A stretch of 61,926 nt of DNA, the filler included, from Chiloscyllium plagiosum (Eukaryota), in the NCBI RefSeq assembly GCF_004010195.1. It is 3 parts of one record of this genome, joined end to end, with 100 filler letters (N's around TTAATTAATTAA, not from the genome) between each part and the next. Parts side by side here need not be neighbours in the genome. Positions count along the whole stretch, not along the records: positions 1 to 29,741 come from NC_057714.1; 2 more parts are not named here. One strand, written 5' to 3'. Shown here piece by piece: positions 1 through 11,594 of the stretch. Within the stretch, counting starts at the first letter, position 1. The number at the start of each line of letters is the position of its first letter. The notes under the pieces are model-generated. The model was not told the DNA's origin. It made no database searches and worked only from the letters and a program-made list of their open reading frames with translations. Made by a program: the position numbers and the translations under genes.

Positions 1-830
1 CCTGTAATCTCCTAATATCCTCATCACATTTCACCCTGCCATCCAGCTTTGTATCATCAGCAAATTTGCTAATGTTATTGCTGATACCATCTTCTTTATC
101 ATTAACATATATTGTAAAAAGCTGTGGTCCCAGCACGGATCCCTGCGGTACCCCACTGGTCACTGCCTGCCATTCCGAAATGGAGCCGTTTATCACTACC
201 TTTTTTTTCCTATTAGCCAACCAATTTTCAATCCAATCTAGTACTTTGCCCCCAATACCATGCGCCCTAATTTTACTCACTAACCTCCTGTGTGGGACTT
301 TATCAAAAGCTTTCTGAAAGTCCAGGTACACTACATCTACTGGATCTCTGCCCGTCAGTCTGTCCTTACGATAGCACGTGTATTCTTGAATATTCATTTC
401 CCAGGCCCTGTCCACTTGAAGCCACGTCTCAGTTATCCCCACAATATCGTATCTGCCAATTTCCAAAAGAGCCTCAAGCTCATCCATCTTATGTCTAATG
501 CTTCGTGCATTCATTTATAGAATTTTTAATTTGTTACTGCTCTCACCCTTCCCATCAACTCCTATTTCACTCAACCTTACAGCATGATGCCTTTCCGAGT
601 TTTCTGCCTCATTGATACAGTTGTCTTTCTTGACTTCTCTTGTTCTAACTTTCCCTTCAATTTCCTTTTTAAACATCCAGCTTGTCCCCTCCCCCCCGCT
701 ACTTAGTTTAAACGTAGCGGTGTTGTAGTAGAAAACCTGCCTGCCAGAATGCTGGTCCCTAACCTATTAAGGTGCAAGCCGTCTCTCTTGTAGAATTTAT
801 GTTTACCACAAAATATACCCCAGTGATCCA
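1..830 (-). mobile_element. CR1 LINE, internally deleted: ORF1 esterase C-terminus, ORF2 APE N-terminus joined to RT core
   Basis: Minus-strand translation gives DHWGIFCGKHKFYKRDGLHLNRLG (SGNH esterase DxxH, ~700-830), MNARSIRHKMDEL..DIVGITETWL (APE endonuclease, from 514), then [33 protein letters not shown] (RT) to the window edge. Confidence 0.9.
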
Positions 831-834
831 AGAA

Positions 835-1753
835 TTATATAAATGATTTGGATGTGAGCATAAGAGGTACAGTTAGTAAGTTTGCTGATGACACCAAAAT
901 TGGAGGTGTAGTGGACAGTGAAGAGGGTTACCTCAGATTACAACAGGATCTTGATCAGATGGGTCAATGGGCTGAGAGGTGGCAAATGGAGTTTAATTCA
1001 GATAAATGCTGCATTTTGGAAAAATAAAACAGAGCAGGACTTATACGCTTAATGGTAAGGTCCTTGGAAGTGTTGCTGAACAGAGACCTTGAAGTGCAGG
1101 TAGATAGGATAGTGAAGAAGGCATTTGGTATGCTTTCCTTTATTGGTCAGAGTATTGAGTACAGGAGTTGGGAGGTCATGTTGCGGCTGGTTAGGCCACT
1201 GTTGGAATATTGTGTTCAGTCTGGTCTCCCTGCTATCGGGAGGATGTTGTGAAACTTGAAAGGGTTCAGAAAAGATTTGCAAGGATGTTGCCAGGGTTGG
1301 AGGGTTTGAGCTCTAGGGAGAGGCTGAACAGGCTGAGGCTGTTTTCCCTGGAGCATCAGAGGCTGAGGGGTGACCTTATAGAGGTTTACAAAATCATGAG
1401 GGGCGTGGATAGGATAAATAGACAAAGTATTTTCCCTGGGGTGGGGGAATCCAGAACTAGAGGGCATAGATTTAGGGTGAGAGGGAAAAAAATTTAAAAG
1501 GGACCTAAGGGGCGGCTTTTTCACACAGAGGGTGGTGGGTGTATGGAATGAGCTACCAGAGGAAGCGGTGGAGGCTGGTATAATTACAGCATTTAAAAGG
1601 CATCTGGATGGGTATATGAACAGGAACGGTTTAGAGGGATATGGGCCAAGTGCTTGCAAATGGGACTAGCTTAGGTTCAGATATCTGGTCAGCCTGGATG
1701 AGTTGGATCGAAGGGTCTGTTTCCGTGCTGTACATCTCTGTGACTCGATGACT
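835..1753 (+). mobile_element. CR1 (HER1-like) LINE, 5'-truncated 3' portion
   Basis: FADDTKIGG and LERVQKRFARMLPGL..RGDLIEVYKIM motifs, plus the typical 3' UTR ending gaagggtctgtttccgtgctgtacatctctgtgactc. Confidence 0.92.
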
Positions 1754-2283
1754 TTAACCAAGAGACAGAGACAGACTTGCAACCATAATGCTGCATTGGA
1801 GGTCTCTTCCTTCTTCTTTGATCTCCTAGTTTCATGAAAAACAAAATCAAGTACCAAAAACATTGCCAGACAGCCATCCGAACTGGGACACTCTTAGTTA
1901 CTTCTAAAGCTAGATTTTTCACCAACTAAAGGCAGCAATCCTCACCTTTTATCTCCCCAAAAGCTTTGCTTGGCTATTTTCCCAAAGCTATTCAATTTTT
2001 TGTTATCAGCAGGTGGATCTTGGATCACATTAAACTGTTGTCTATTTCCATGAATTTGAATGGGTTCCATTTAAATCTTTGATTTTTAATCCAGAAAGTG
2101 TCCATACAGTTCAATCTCTCCAATTCTCTGATGAGTCCATAAATATGGACTTTCTTTCACTATGAATTATGTCCTGTTCCTCCTTGCTCTATTAAAGTAG
2201 CGAAAATTCTATCTACAACTGAATATCCCAATAACTCCCCCTGCATCAGACCCCGATATTACAATAATTTGCCTAAGAAAGTT

Positions 2284-3080
2284 TATAGAATCCTTCCAGT
2301 GTGGAAGCAGGCCATTCAGCCCATCAAGACCACACTGCCTGTCCAAAAAGCATCCTACCCAGATCCATCCCTATCAACCTGTGTAGCCCTTAGCTAATCC
2401 ACCCAACATGCACATCCCTGAACATTATGGGTAATTTCCCATGGCCAATCCACCTAATCTGCACATCCCTGGACACTATGGGCAATTTTCCATTGCCATT
2501 CCGCCCTAACCTGCACATCCCTGGACACTATGGACTATTTCACATGGCCAATCCACCCTAACCTACACATCCCTGGACACTATGGGCAATATCCTATTGC
2601 CAATCCACCCTAACCTGCACATCCCTGGACACTATGGGCAATTTCCCATTGCCAATCCACCCTAACCTGCACATCCCTGGACACTATGGGCAATTTCCTA
2701 TTGCCAATCCTCCCTAACCTGCACATCCCTGGACACTATGGGCAATATCCTATTGCCAATCCATCCTAACCTGCACATCCCTGGACACTATGGGCAATAT
2801 CCTATTGCCAATCCACCATAACCTGCACATCCTTGGACACTATGGGCAATTTCCCAATGGCCAATCCACCCTAACCTGCACATCCATGGACACTATGGGC
2901 AATTTCTCATGGCTAATCCACCCAAACCTGCACATCCTTGGACTGTGGGAGGAAATCGGAGCACCCGGAGGAAACCCACACAGACACGGGGAGAATGTGC
3001 AGACTCCACACAGACAGTCCCGAGATTGGAATTGAACCCGGGTCCCTGGTGCTGTGATGCAGCAGCGCTAACCACTGAGC
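2284..3080 (-). mobile_element. HE1-type V-SINE with internal tandem expansion
   Basis: tRNA-like head (cagtggttagcgctgctg..gggttcaattcc), V-domain gtggagtctgcacattctccccgtgtctgtgtgggtttcctccggg, CR1-like tail. Confidence 0.9.
2390..2940. repeat. 52-bp minisatellite (~10 copies) derived from the HE1 body
   Basis: ctggacac recurs at 2521, 2573, 2625, 2677 and onward; unit ccaatccaccctaacctgcacatccctggacactatgggcaatttcccat(t/g)g. Confidence 0.95.
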
Positions 3081-3790
3081 TGACCTAAATAACTGACGCG
3101 AAACGTTAATTCTGATTTTCTCTCTCTCCACGGACGCTGTTGGAGTTCCTCCATCATTTCCTGCTTTTCTTACTGAGCGGAATGGGGAATATCAGTCTGC
3201 ATACCAGAACTTAGCAAGCACCATGACCTGGTATTGTGACCTTTGAACTGACACACCTCCTAGGGAAGGAGGTGAGACGTTTCTCATTAAAGCGTGGATA
3301 TCAATCAGGGCTGCAAAGCAAGCGACCATGATTCTGGGGTTTGGAATCAGTCTGACACTGTCAGGGCATGTCCACCGACTAAGTGATAAATTCACCTTCT
3401 ACACAATTATCTTTATTGCATTGAGCACAGGAGAGTGTTGCGTTGGAGTGCTGAACATAACACGGCAGTGATTGGAGGATCAAACCGAATAAATACTGAA
3501 GGAGATCAGGAATTCAGCAAGGGTGAAACGATTTTAAAATGGAAAGCGCAGCTGCCAATCTGATGTGTGCATCTCCTGTGCTGGTGCAATGAAGAATGTG
3601 TCAGAATAAATCTGGCTTTCCATTTCATTAAAATTCTCTGCGCTTCGTGCATTTGGAGCTGAGCTCCCGGGATTCAGGCGCTTGCTTTGAAAAACTGCAC
3701 TAAGGAAGGAAAACACGAGCAGTTGGTGCAATATTTATCAGTTCTGAGCATTCAGCCGCATCACTTGATGATGAGAGAATATTGACTTAC

Positions 3791-3808
3791 CCAGTAGAAG
3801 GTTTCCAT
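3791..3808 (-). CDS. Candidate first coding exon of an unidentified host gene (METFYW, phase-0 donor)
   Basis: Minus strand reads ctgggATGGAAACCTTCTACTGG|GTAAGT: strong Kozak (G at -3, G at +4) and a perfect donor, in TE-free sequence with a GA-repeat upstream. Confidence 0.5.
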
Positions 3809-4029
3809 CCCAGTATCTATCTGCTGGTCTCCCCGTTTATTGATAGGCTTATAAAGACATATGTTCCTTCTCTACACGCCATCACTGCTGCGTTTGCCTC
3901 TCTCTCTCTCTCTCTCTGATCCGCAAAAGATAACCAATTTTTCCACAGCACTGAGCTGTCCCTCAGCCTGAACGGTCACATCGAGGTAAACAGCGCTGAA
4001 AGGAAAACAACCACCTTCATAAAATCACG

Positions 4030-4316
4030 CATGTGCGGGAGCGAACCATTCGGCCCGTACCAACCCTCCAAAGAACACCACACCCTATCCCTGTAACCCT
4101 GCATTTCCCATGGCTCACCCAGCTAGCCTGCACATCCCCTGGACACTATGGGTAAGTTACAATGGCCAATCCACGCACCTGTGGGAATAAACCAGAGGGG
4201 CCCCACGCAGGCACAGGGAGAGTGTGCAAACTCCACCCAGACAGTCACCCAAGGTGAGAATTGGGCCCATGCCCCTGGTGCTGTGAGGCAGCAGTGCTAA
4301 CCACTGAGCCACCACA
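4030..4316 (-). mobile_element. HE1-type V-SINE, diverged
   Basis: gtggctcagtggttagcactgctgcctcacagc head and V-domain on minus strand. Confidence 0.85.
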
Positions 4317-4324
4317 TCTTTAAG

Positions 4325-4486
4325 AACACATTTTTTGAAATTCATTTACTGGATGTGTGTGGCTCTGGCTAGGCCAGCAGTTTTTGCCCAGAGGGAAGTT
4401 AAGAATCAACCCCATAGCTGTGGGTCTGGAGTCACATGTAGACCGGACCAGGCCAGGATGGCAGTTTCCTTCCCTAAAGGACATTA
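4325..4486 (-). mobile_element. SINE family B (tRNA-like head, LINE-B tail), split by a CR1; resumes at 5276-5300
   Basis: Core aatgtcctttagggaaggaaactgccatcc..tgtgactccagacccacagc matches the copies at 37205-37540 and 46122-46735. Confidence 0.75.
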
Positions 4487-5275
4487 AGCCCATAAGACCA
4501 TAAGACATAGGAGCGGAAGTAAGGCCATTCGGCCCATCGAGTCCACTCCGCCATTCAATCATGGCTGATGGGCATTTCAACTCCACTTACCCGCATTCTC
4601 CCCATAGCCCTTAATTCCTCATGACATCAAGAATTTATCAATCTCTGCCTTGAAGACATTTAACGTCCTGGCCTCCACTGCGCTCCGTGGCAATGAATTC
4701 ACAGGACCACCACTCTCTGGCTGAAGAAATGTCTCCGCATTTCTGTTCTGAATTTACCTCCTCTAATTCTAAGGCTGTGTCCACGGGTCCTAGTCTCCTC
4801 GCCTAACGGAAACATTTTCCTAGCGTCCACCCTTTCCAAGTCATGTATTAACTTGTAAGTTTCTATTAGATCTCCCCTTAATCTTCTAAACTCCAATGAA
4901 TACAATCCCAGGATCCTCAGCCGTTCCTCATATGTTAGACCTACCATTCCAGGGATCATCCGTGTGAATCTCCGCTGGACACGCTCCAGTATGTTCTTCC
5001 TGAGGTGTGGGGACCAAAACTGGACACAGTACTTCAAATGGGGCCTAACCAGAGCTTTATAAAGTCTCAGTAGCACAACGGTGCTTTTATATTCCAACCC
5101 TCTTGAGATAATTGACAACATTGCATTCGCTTTCTTAATCACGGACTCAACCTGAATGTTTACCTTTAGAGAATCCTCAACTAGCACTCCCAGATCCCTC
5201 TGTACTTTGCCTTTACGAATTTTCTCACCATTTAGAAAGTAGTCCATGCTTGTATTCTTTTTTCCAAAGTGAAAC
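4487..5275 (-). mobile_element. CR1 LINE 3' fragment with TSD acatta
   Basis: ORF 4699-5277 (RLYKALVRPHLKYCVQFWSP..LRGDLIETYK), (tatggtct)n tail, acatta at 4481-4486 and 5276-5281. Confidence 0.92.
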
Positions 5276-5414
5276 ACATTAGTGAACCAGATGGGTTTTT
5301 GCTCCTGTCTCTCCCTCTATCCAGACGGGTTATTGCATTCACAACTGAACAGCTTTCCCACCACCAACTCATCGTGACCTTTCTGTTTTGTTTTTAACTC
5401 GTCTTGAAATTGGG

Positions 5415-6466
5415 GTCATAGGTAGATAGAGTAACGAAGAAGGCGTTTGGTATGCTTTCCTTTATTGGTCAGAGTATTGAGTACAGGAGTTGGGAGGTCA
5501 TGTTGCGGCTGTACAGGACATTGGTTAGGCTGCTTTGAAATATTGTGTGCAATTCTGGTCTCCTACCTATCGGAAAGATGTTGTGAAACTTGAAAGGATT
5601 CAGAAAAGATTTTTAGATTTTTTTTTTAGATTGCTTACAGTGTGGAAACAGGCCCTTCGGCCCAACAAGTCCACACCGACCCGCCAAAGCGTAACCCACC
5701 CATTCCCCTACATTTACCCATTCCCCTACATTTACCCCTCTACCTAACACTACGGGCAATTTAGCGTGGCCAATTCACCTGAATTGCACATCTTTGGACT
5801 GTGGGAGGAAACCGGAGCACCCGGAGGAAACCCACGCAGACACGGGGAGAATGTGCAAACTCCACACAGTCAGTCGCCTGAGTCGGGAATTGAACCCAGG
5901 TCTCTGGCACTGTGAGGCAGCAGTGCTAACCACTGTGCCACTGTTGCCAGGGTTGGAGGATTTGAGCTGTAGGGAGAGGCTGAACAGGCTGGGGCTGTTT
6001 TTCCTGGAGCTTCGGAGGCTGAGGGGTGACCTTTTAGAGGTTTACAAAACCATGAGGGACATGGATAGGATAAATAGACAAAGTCTTTTCCCTGGGGTCG
6101 GGGAGTCCAGAACTAGAGAGCATAGGTTTCGGGTGAGAGGGGAAAGATATAAAAGAGACCTTTGCACGCAGAGGGTGGTACGTGTATGGAATGAGCTGCC
6201 AGGGGAAAGATATAAAAGAAACCTAAGGAGCACCTTTCTCATGCAGAGGGTGGTACGTGTAAGGAACAGGCTGCCAGGAGAAGAAGTGGAGGCTGGTACA
6301 ATTGCAACATTTAAAAGGCATCTGGATGGGTATATAAATAGGAAGAGTTTGGAGGAATATGGGATGGGTGCTGGCAAGTGGGATTAGATTGGGTTGGGAT
6401 ATCTGGTTGGCATGGACGAGTTGGACCAAAAGTCATGTTCCTGTACTGTACATCTCTGTGACTCTA
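5415..6466 (+). mobile_element. CR1 (HER1-like) 3' fragment interrupted by an HE1 SINE, with a small internal duplication
   Basis: YCVQFWSP..LERIQKRF before and LPGLEDLS..RGDLLEVYK after the SINE; 3' UTR to 6466. Confidence 0.9.
5612..5943 (-). mobile_element. HE1-type V-SINE, near full length, young
   Basis: Head gtggcacagtggttagcactgctgcctcacag, V-domain, tail ttgggccgaagggcctgtttccacactgtaag. Confidence 0.93.
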
Positions 6467-6479
6467 GAGCAGCTTTGTC

Positions 6480-6645
6480 AATGTTTTCTGCACCCTTTCA
6501 AATTTGACAACATCTTTCCTATAGCAGGGAGACAAGAATTGATTGCAGCATTCCAAAAGTCGCCGAATCAATGTCATGTACAGCAGCAACACGGCCTCCC
6601 AATCCTGTATTCAATGCACTGATCTTTAAAGGCAAGCATACCAGC
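6480..6645 (-). mobile_element. CR1 RT C-terminal fragment
   Basis: Reverse complement matches other CR1 copies in the window (tctccctgctatagg..tgaaagggtgcagaaaa). Confidence 0.75.
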
Positions 6646-7207
6646 AGAAAGTAAAACCTGCAAAAAACCAGGAAATGTTCAGACTAACGGAAATGTTCCA
6701 ATACTGATCCTCTGGTGAACTGAAGGATCCGTAAATACTTAGGAAATTGAAAATCCAATTCAGAAGCACAAGTACAGGTTGGAATCTTCCAGGCCCATCT
6801 GTTAGAAGAGTGGGAAGAGATATTTGATCAGATGGCAGGCAAAAATCGACTCTACCAAGTTTTGCTCTGACATTCTCAGAAATGTTCAGGCAGGTCAACT
6901 TCAGGAGCCGATTTCGCATTCATTAGCATGCTATGAATAATTATTGACACTGCACTCCAATGAAATCATATACAGGAGCACAGTTTTGTTAGGGAACACA
7001 GGGAAATGATTATGACCACGAACCTGACTCAAAGTATGAAGGATGTATACTAGTTGAAATTAACTTCTTTGTCCCACCTCCACTGAGTACAACCTTCTCA
7101 CGAATTTGGCTCATCCCTAATGAAGCATCTTCTTTCGCACAAATGCTTACAGCAAACACATTGAAGCCTGACCAGGTCAACTAGCTCATGGGAAGTCTCA
7201 GTCAAAA

Positions 7208-7556
7208 TCCAAAAATATGCAGGTTAGGTCAATTGGCCATGCTAAAAAGAATTGCCCATAGTGTCAGGAATGTGTAGGTTTGGTGCATTAGTTTCGGAGA
7301 AAGTGAGGACTGCAGATGCTGGATGCTGCTTTCCTGAAGAAGGGCTTATGCCGAAATGTCGATTCTCCTGCTCCTTGGATGCTGCCTGACCTGCTGCGCT
7401 TTTCCAGCAATACATTTTTCAACCCCGTGCATTAGTTTGGGGAAATGCAGTGTAGTAGGGGAATGGATATGGGTGGGTTACTCTTCAGAGGAACAGTCTG
7501 GACTTGAGGGCTGAATGGCCTGTTTCCACACTGTAGGGATTCTAGAATTCTATGAT
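7208..7556 (+). mobile_element. HE1 SINE 3' half interrupted by a PLE mini-insertion
   Basis: tccaaaaatatgcaggttagg..ttggccatgctaa and tail ggcctgtttccacactgtagggattc. Confidence 0.8.
7295..7426. mobile_element. Penelope-like terminal mini-insertion (family A) with hammerhead core and 12-bp TSD
   Basis: TSD gtgcattagttt at 7283-7294 and 7427-7438; ctgaaga-agggcttatgcc-gaaa at 7334-7356. Confidence 0.8.
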
Positions 7557-7611
7557 AAGTGACCTTGCTGGTTGTTCTTAAGAGCTTGTAATCTAATGGG
7601 TGAAATTAAGG

Positions 7612-7870
7612 TTTTTTTTATTCTTTCAGGAGACGTGGGCTTTCATTTTTTCTCCATCCCTAACAATCTTTGAGAAGGTGGCTGTCATTTGTCTTCTCGA
7701 ATTCTGCAGTCCATTTAGAGTAGGTAAACTAATAGTCCTGTTAGGGAGGGAATTCCAGGACTTTGACCCAGTGATGTTGAAGGAGTGGTGATATATTTTC
7801 AAGTCAGGGTGGTATGTTGCTTGCAGTTGGTGATGTTACCATGTACCTGCTGCCCGTATCCTTCCATGTG
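7612..7870 (-). mobile_element. LINE family B (L2/CR1 group) 3' end
   Basis: Shares gggagggaattccaggactttgacccag..tttcaagtcagg with 27680-27840 and 50572-50960; A-rich terminus. Confidence 0.75.
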
Positions 7871-8480
7871 GTGAAACATCACACAACACTGGGTTATAGT
7901 TCAACAGGTTTATTTGAAACTGCAAGCTTTCAAAGCCCCTGCTCCTTCCTCAGGCTGCTAGTGAGAGAGAATACATCACACACAGAAGTTATAATTTAAA
8001 GATTAAAGGGTCAAACAACGTATGCAAAAGTATTGAACAAACCTAGATGGCTGTTAAGTCTTGAATCAATTAGAATGGCGTTGCAAGGTTTGATTGATTA
8101 ATACGCAAATCCCAGAATTTCTTTCAAGCCACAAGATAACTTCAGGTTTTATCAGAATAAAGGTGACATCTCTGGTCAGACAATATAATTTGAGTGTGAG
8201 GCTATGTTTCAAGTCTTTTTGTATCTTTCAGACTGGTTTTATTTCCAAAGTAGGAATTTATAAATCATCACATTGACTGACTGTCTACAGATCGTGTGCT
8301 TTTTGAATGTATCTGCGAATACAAATCTGCAAATACAAATTTGTGTGTCTGTGTGTGCTGTGTGTGTGTGCTTGTGTCTGTGTGTGTGTCTGCTTGTGTC
8401 TGTGTGTGTGTCTGCTTGTGTCTGTGTGTGTGTCTGTGTGTGTGTCTGCTTGTGTCTGTGCGTGTGTCTGTGTGTGCGTG
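7871..8480 (-). mobile_element. Penelope-like element 3' region (family C) with TG microsatellite
   Basis: cacacaacactgggttatagttcaacaggtttatttg terminus shared with 13760-13950 and 27110-27170; degenerate hammerhead core at ~7922-7954. Confidence 0.7.
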
Positions 8481-8821
8481 TAGCTTCAGGACTTCACAAT
8501 TGCATCATGAATCTAGTGATTATCTTAAATTCATCTCAGGTATAACTCTTATCGCAGTTTGGATTATTTATTCGATGATTTCCATTAACAGAGTCACATC
8601 TGAAGGTGAATACACCTTTCCCGAGGTGTCCAAACACCGGCTGGCTGAGTATGGTGGACCTGAGTATGACAGGTCAATGGATCATGTCCCTTTTAAGGGG
8701 TCTTGCCCTTACACAGCTTGCGTCACACTGGCACTGAAACTCAGGTACCACCTTCCTCATTTGCCCAGCTCACAGAATACCTTCTGGTTTGACAGCAGCA
8801 CCCCTTCTGTGGAGAATTGAG

Positions 8822-9047
8822 GGGTGATAGATTTAAGACTGATGTCAGAGGCAGGTTCTTTACTCAGAGAGTGGTAAGGGTGTAGTTAACTCAGCCACAT
8901 TTGGGGGATTTAAACAAAACTTAGATAAGCACGTGGACGATGATGGGATAGTGTAGGGGGATGGGCTTAGATTAGTTCACAGGTCGGCACAACATCGAGG
9001 GCTGAAGGGCCTGTTCTGTGCTGTATTGTTCTGTGTTCTACGTTCTA
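8822..9047 (+). mobile_element. CR1 3' end
   Basis: gatgtcagaggcaggttctttactcagagagtggtaagg and tail gaagggcctgttctgtgctgtattgttct. Confidence 0.8.
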
Positions 9048-9243
9048 ATTCCAGTTTACTGCCCAGTAGCCGTGTGAGACAGCTAGTCCCACCTATTGTT
9101 CACATTTTTGAGACACCCTACCCATCCCAGATAACCTGATGTGGATATTGGCCCTTCCCTGAGTTTTTGTAACAAACGATTATGCAAGGTAGTTTTCATG
9201 TGCCCTATCTCAGTGTCAGGCTTACACAATGCACAGTGCAAAT

Positions 9244-9435
9244 TAGAGTCATAGAGATGTACAGCACGGAAACAGACCCTTCGGTCCAACCCGTCCATGC
9301 TGACCAGATATCCTAACCTAATCTAGCCCCATTTGCCAGCACTTGGCCCGTATCACTCTAAACCCTTTCTATTCATATACCCATCCAAATGCCTCTTAAA
9401 TGTTGCAATCATACCAGCCTCCACCACCTCCTCTC
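9244..9435 (-). mobile_element. CR1 (HER1-like) 3' end
   Basis: tagagtcatagagatgtacagcacggaaacagacccttcgg, the reverse of the HER1-like tail. Confidence 0.88.
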
Positions 9436-9780
9436 TAAACAATTATAGCCTCATAACACTGGCATAATTCTACAATAGTCCTCATTATAAATCCTTCTGT
9501 TGTCTCCACACTCTACATCCTCACTTCTTCCACCTGCCCACTGGCCGCTTTACAATGTCAACCTCTGCTTTATGAACTGCTTTGGAGTGTTTGACTGACT
9601 TGTAAGTGCAGATTGTTGTTGTTGTAGGATACCCTCGTTCAGCTGGCTGAGCTGAACCCAGACATGACCATCTGATGAAAGCAAGTGGGTCCATCTGCCT
9701 TTGTTCGCGCTGAAGGTTGAGATCGAGTTTGATCCCATCATTCCACCACCTTCACACACTTCAGCCAAAGCAGAGCTCTG

Positions 9781-10025
9781 CCCCAGAATCAAACATTTAT
9801 TCAATGGCTGACTCGTCATCAAACATGTACCTGTTTGCCTTGCGAATGTCAGTGAGTAGTGACGGTACAGTTGGTAACTAGGAAGGTGACCAGAATACAT
9901 CCCCCCAGAATCAAACATTTATTCAATGGCTGATTCGTCATCAAAAATGTACCTGTTTGCCTTGCGAATGTCAGTGAGTAGTGACAGGTACAGTTGGTAA
10001 CTAGGAAGGTGACCAGAATACATCC
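9781..10025. repeat. Tandem duplication of 122 bp of unique sequence
   Basis: ccccagaatcaaacatttattcaatgg starts at 9781 and again at 9903; three differences between copies. Confidence 0.95.
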
Positions 10026-10084
10026 TTTATTACAGTGTGAGGAAGCATTGCTACAATTACATACAGATTTGATCTCTTTATCTT

Positions 10085-11200
10085 AGAAAATAAACGTTTG
10101 TATTGAAGAAGATTCACTTGATTGGTTCCTGGTTGGAGACCTTGGCAGGTTTGGCCAATACTTATTGGAATTTAGAAAAATGAGAGGTGAACTCATCGAA
10201 ACACGATTCTGAGGGGATTTGAACAGCTGGACGCTGAGGAGATGATTCCGTTCATGGGGATATCGAGAATGAATGGGCACAGTCTCAAGAGGTCACCACT
10301 CAGCCTCTGATGCTGCTGGGAACACAGCCCCAGTCTCTCCCGCGAGCTCAAATCTTCCAAGCCTGACAAAAAAAAATTAAAATTAGTTCTCTGAGGAGGT
10401 GACAAGACAGGTCGACGAAGGTCAAGCAGTGGATGCGGTGTGTGTGGACTTCAGCAAGGCATTTGGTAAGGTTCCCCATGGTGGGCTCATTCATAAAGTC
10501 AGGAAGTTTGGGATGCAGGGAGATGTGGCTGTCTGGATTCAGAATTGGTTGGCTGACAGAAGGCAGAATACTTTCCACCTACAACCGAGTGTGGTTGTAG
10601 GTGGAAAGTATTCTGCCTGGAGGTCAGTGATGAGTGGGGTCCCACAGGGCTCTGTTCTTGGGCCTCTGCTCTTTGTAGTTTTTATAAATGACTTGGACGA
10701 GGAGGTTGAGGAGGTGAAATTTGCCGATGACACAAAGGTTGGATGTGTCGTCGATAGTATCGAGAGCTACTGCAGGCTGCAGCGCGACATAGACAGGATG
10801 CAGAGCTAGGCTGAGAAATGGCAGATGGAGTTCAACCTGGATAAATGCGAAATAATGCATTTTGATGGTTGAACTCGAATGCTGATTATAGGATTAAAGA
10901 CAGGATTCTTGATAGTGTGGAGTTTTCCCCAGGGCAGGATTGACTGGTACAAGGGTGAGCAAGAAGGTATAGAGGAGACATGAGAGCAAGGTTCTTTACC
11001 CAGAGAGTTGTGAATGCATGGAATGTGTTGCCAGCGGTGGTGATGGAAGCAGAGTCATTGGGGACATTTAAGCGGCTGCTGGACATGTACAATAGAGGGT
11101 TGCGTAGGTGAGGTTATTTTATTTAGATTAAGAATAATCCTCGGCACAACATCATGGATCGAAAGACCTATTCTGTGCTGTACTTTTCTATGTTCCATGT
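10085..11200 (+). mobile_element. Cluster of CR1 fragments (main piece 10385-11200 includes RT core and 3' tail)
   Basis: ORF 10399-10809 [30 protein letters not shown]; small inverted CR1 piece at 10290-10365. Confidence 0.85.
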
Positions 11201-11594
11201 CCAAGATAAATGATCTCTCGTTTAAGATAGATGAGGAGGAATTTTGTCTTTTAGAGAGTGTCAGTGAAGGTTCAGGTTTGAGGGTCTGAGGGGTTTGGCT
11301 TAAATGGGGGCGATGGCCTGGAGGGGTTGTTCCAATGGACAGAGGCAACTCCTAAAGAATGTATCCTTTGCCTGAAACCTGCTTACTGTGGGCCTTCTCC
11401 TAGGGACGAGTGACCAGGTTGGACTAATGAGCTCCGTGAGGGCATCTACAGAGCTCTGCACAATGACACCACCATCACTGAGAAAAGGTGAGACAGGTCT
11501 GGGCAAGACTCAAAGGCAGGCCCGGACCACATGCTGTATTTTACAGCCAGCCCTCCACCACCTACAACCAGAGCATGAGTTAAACTCATGATCA

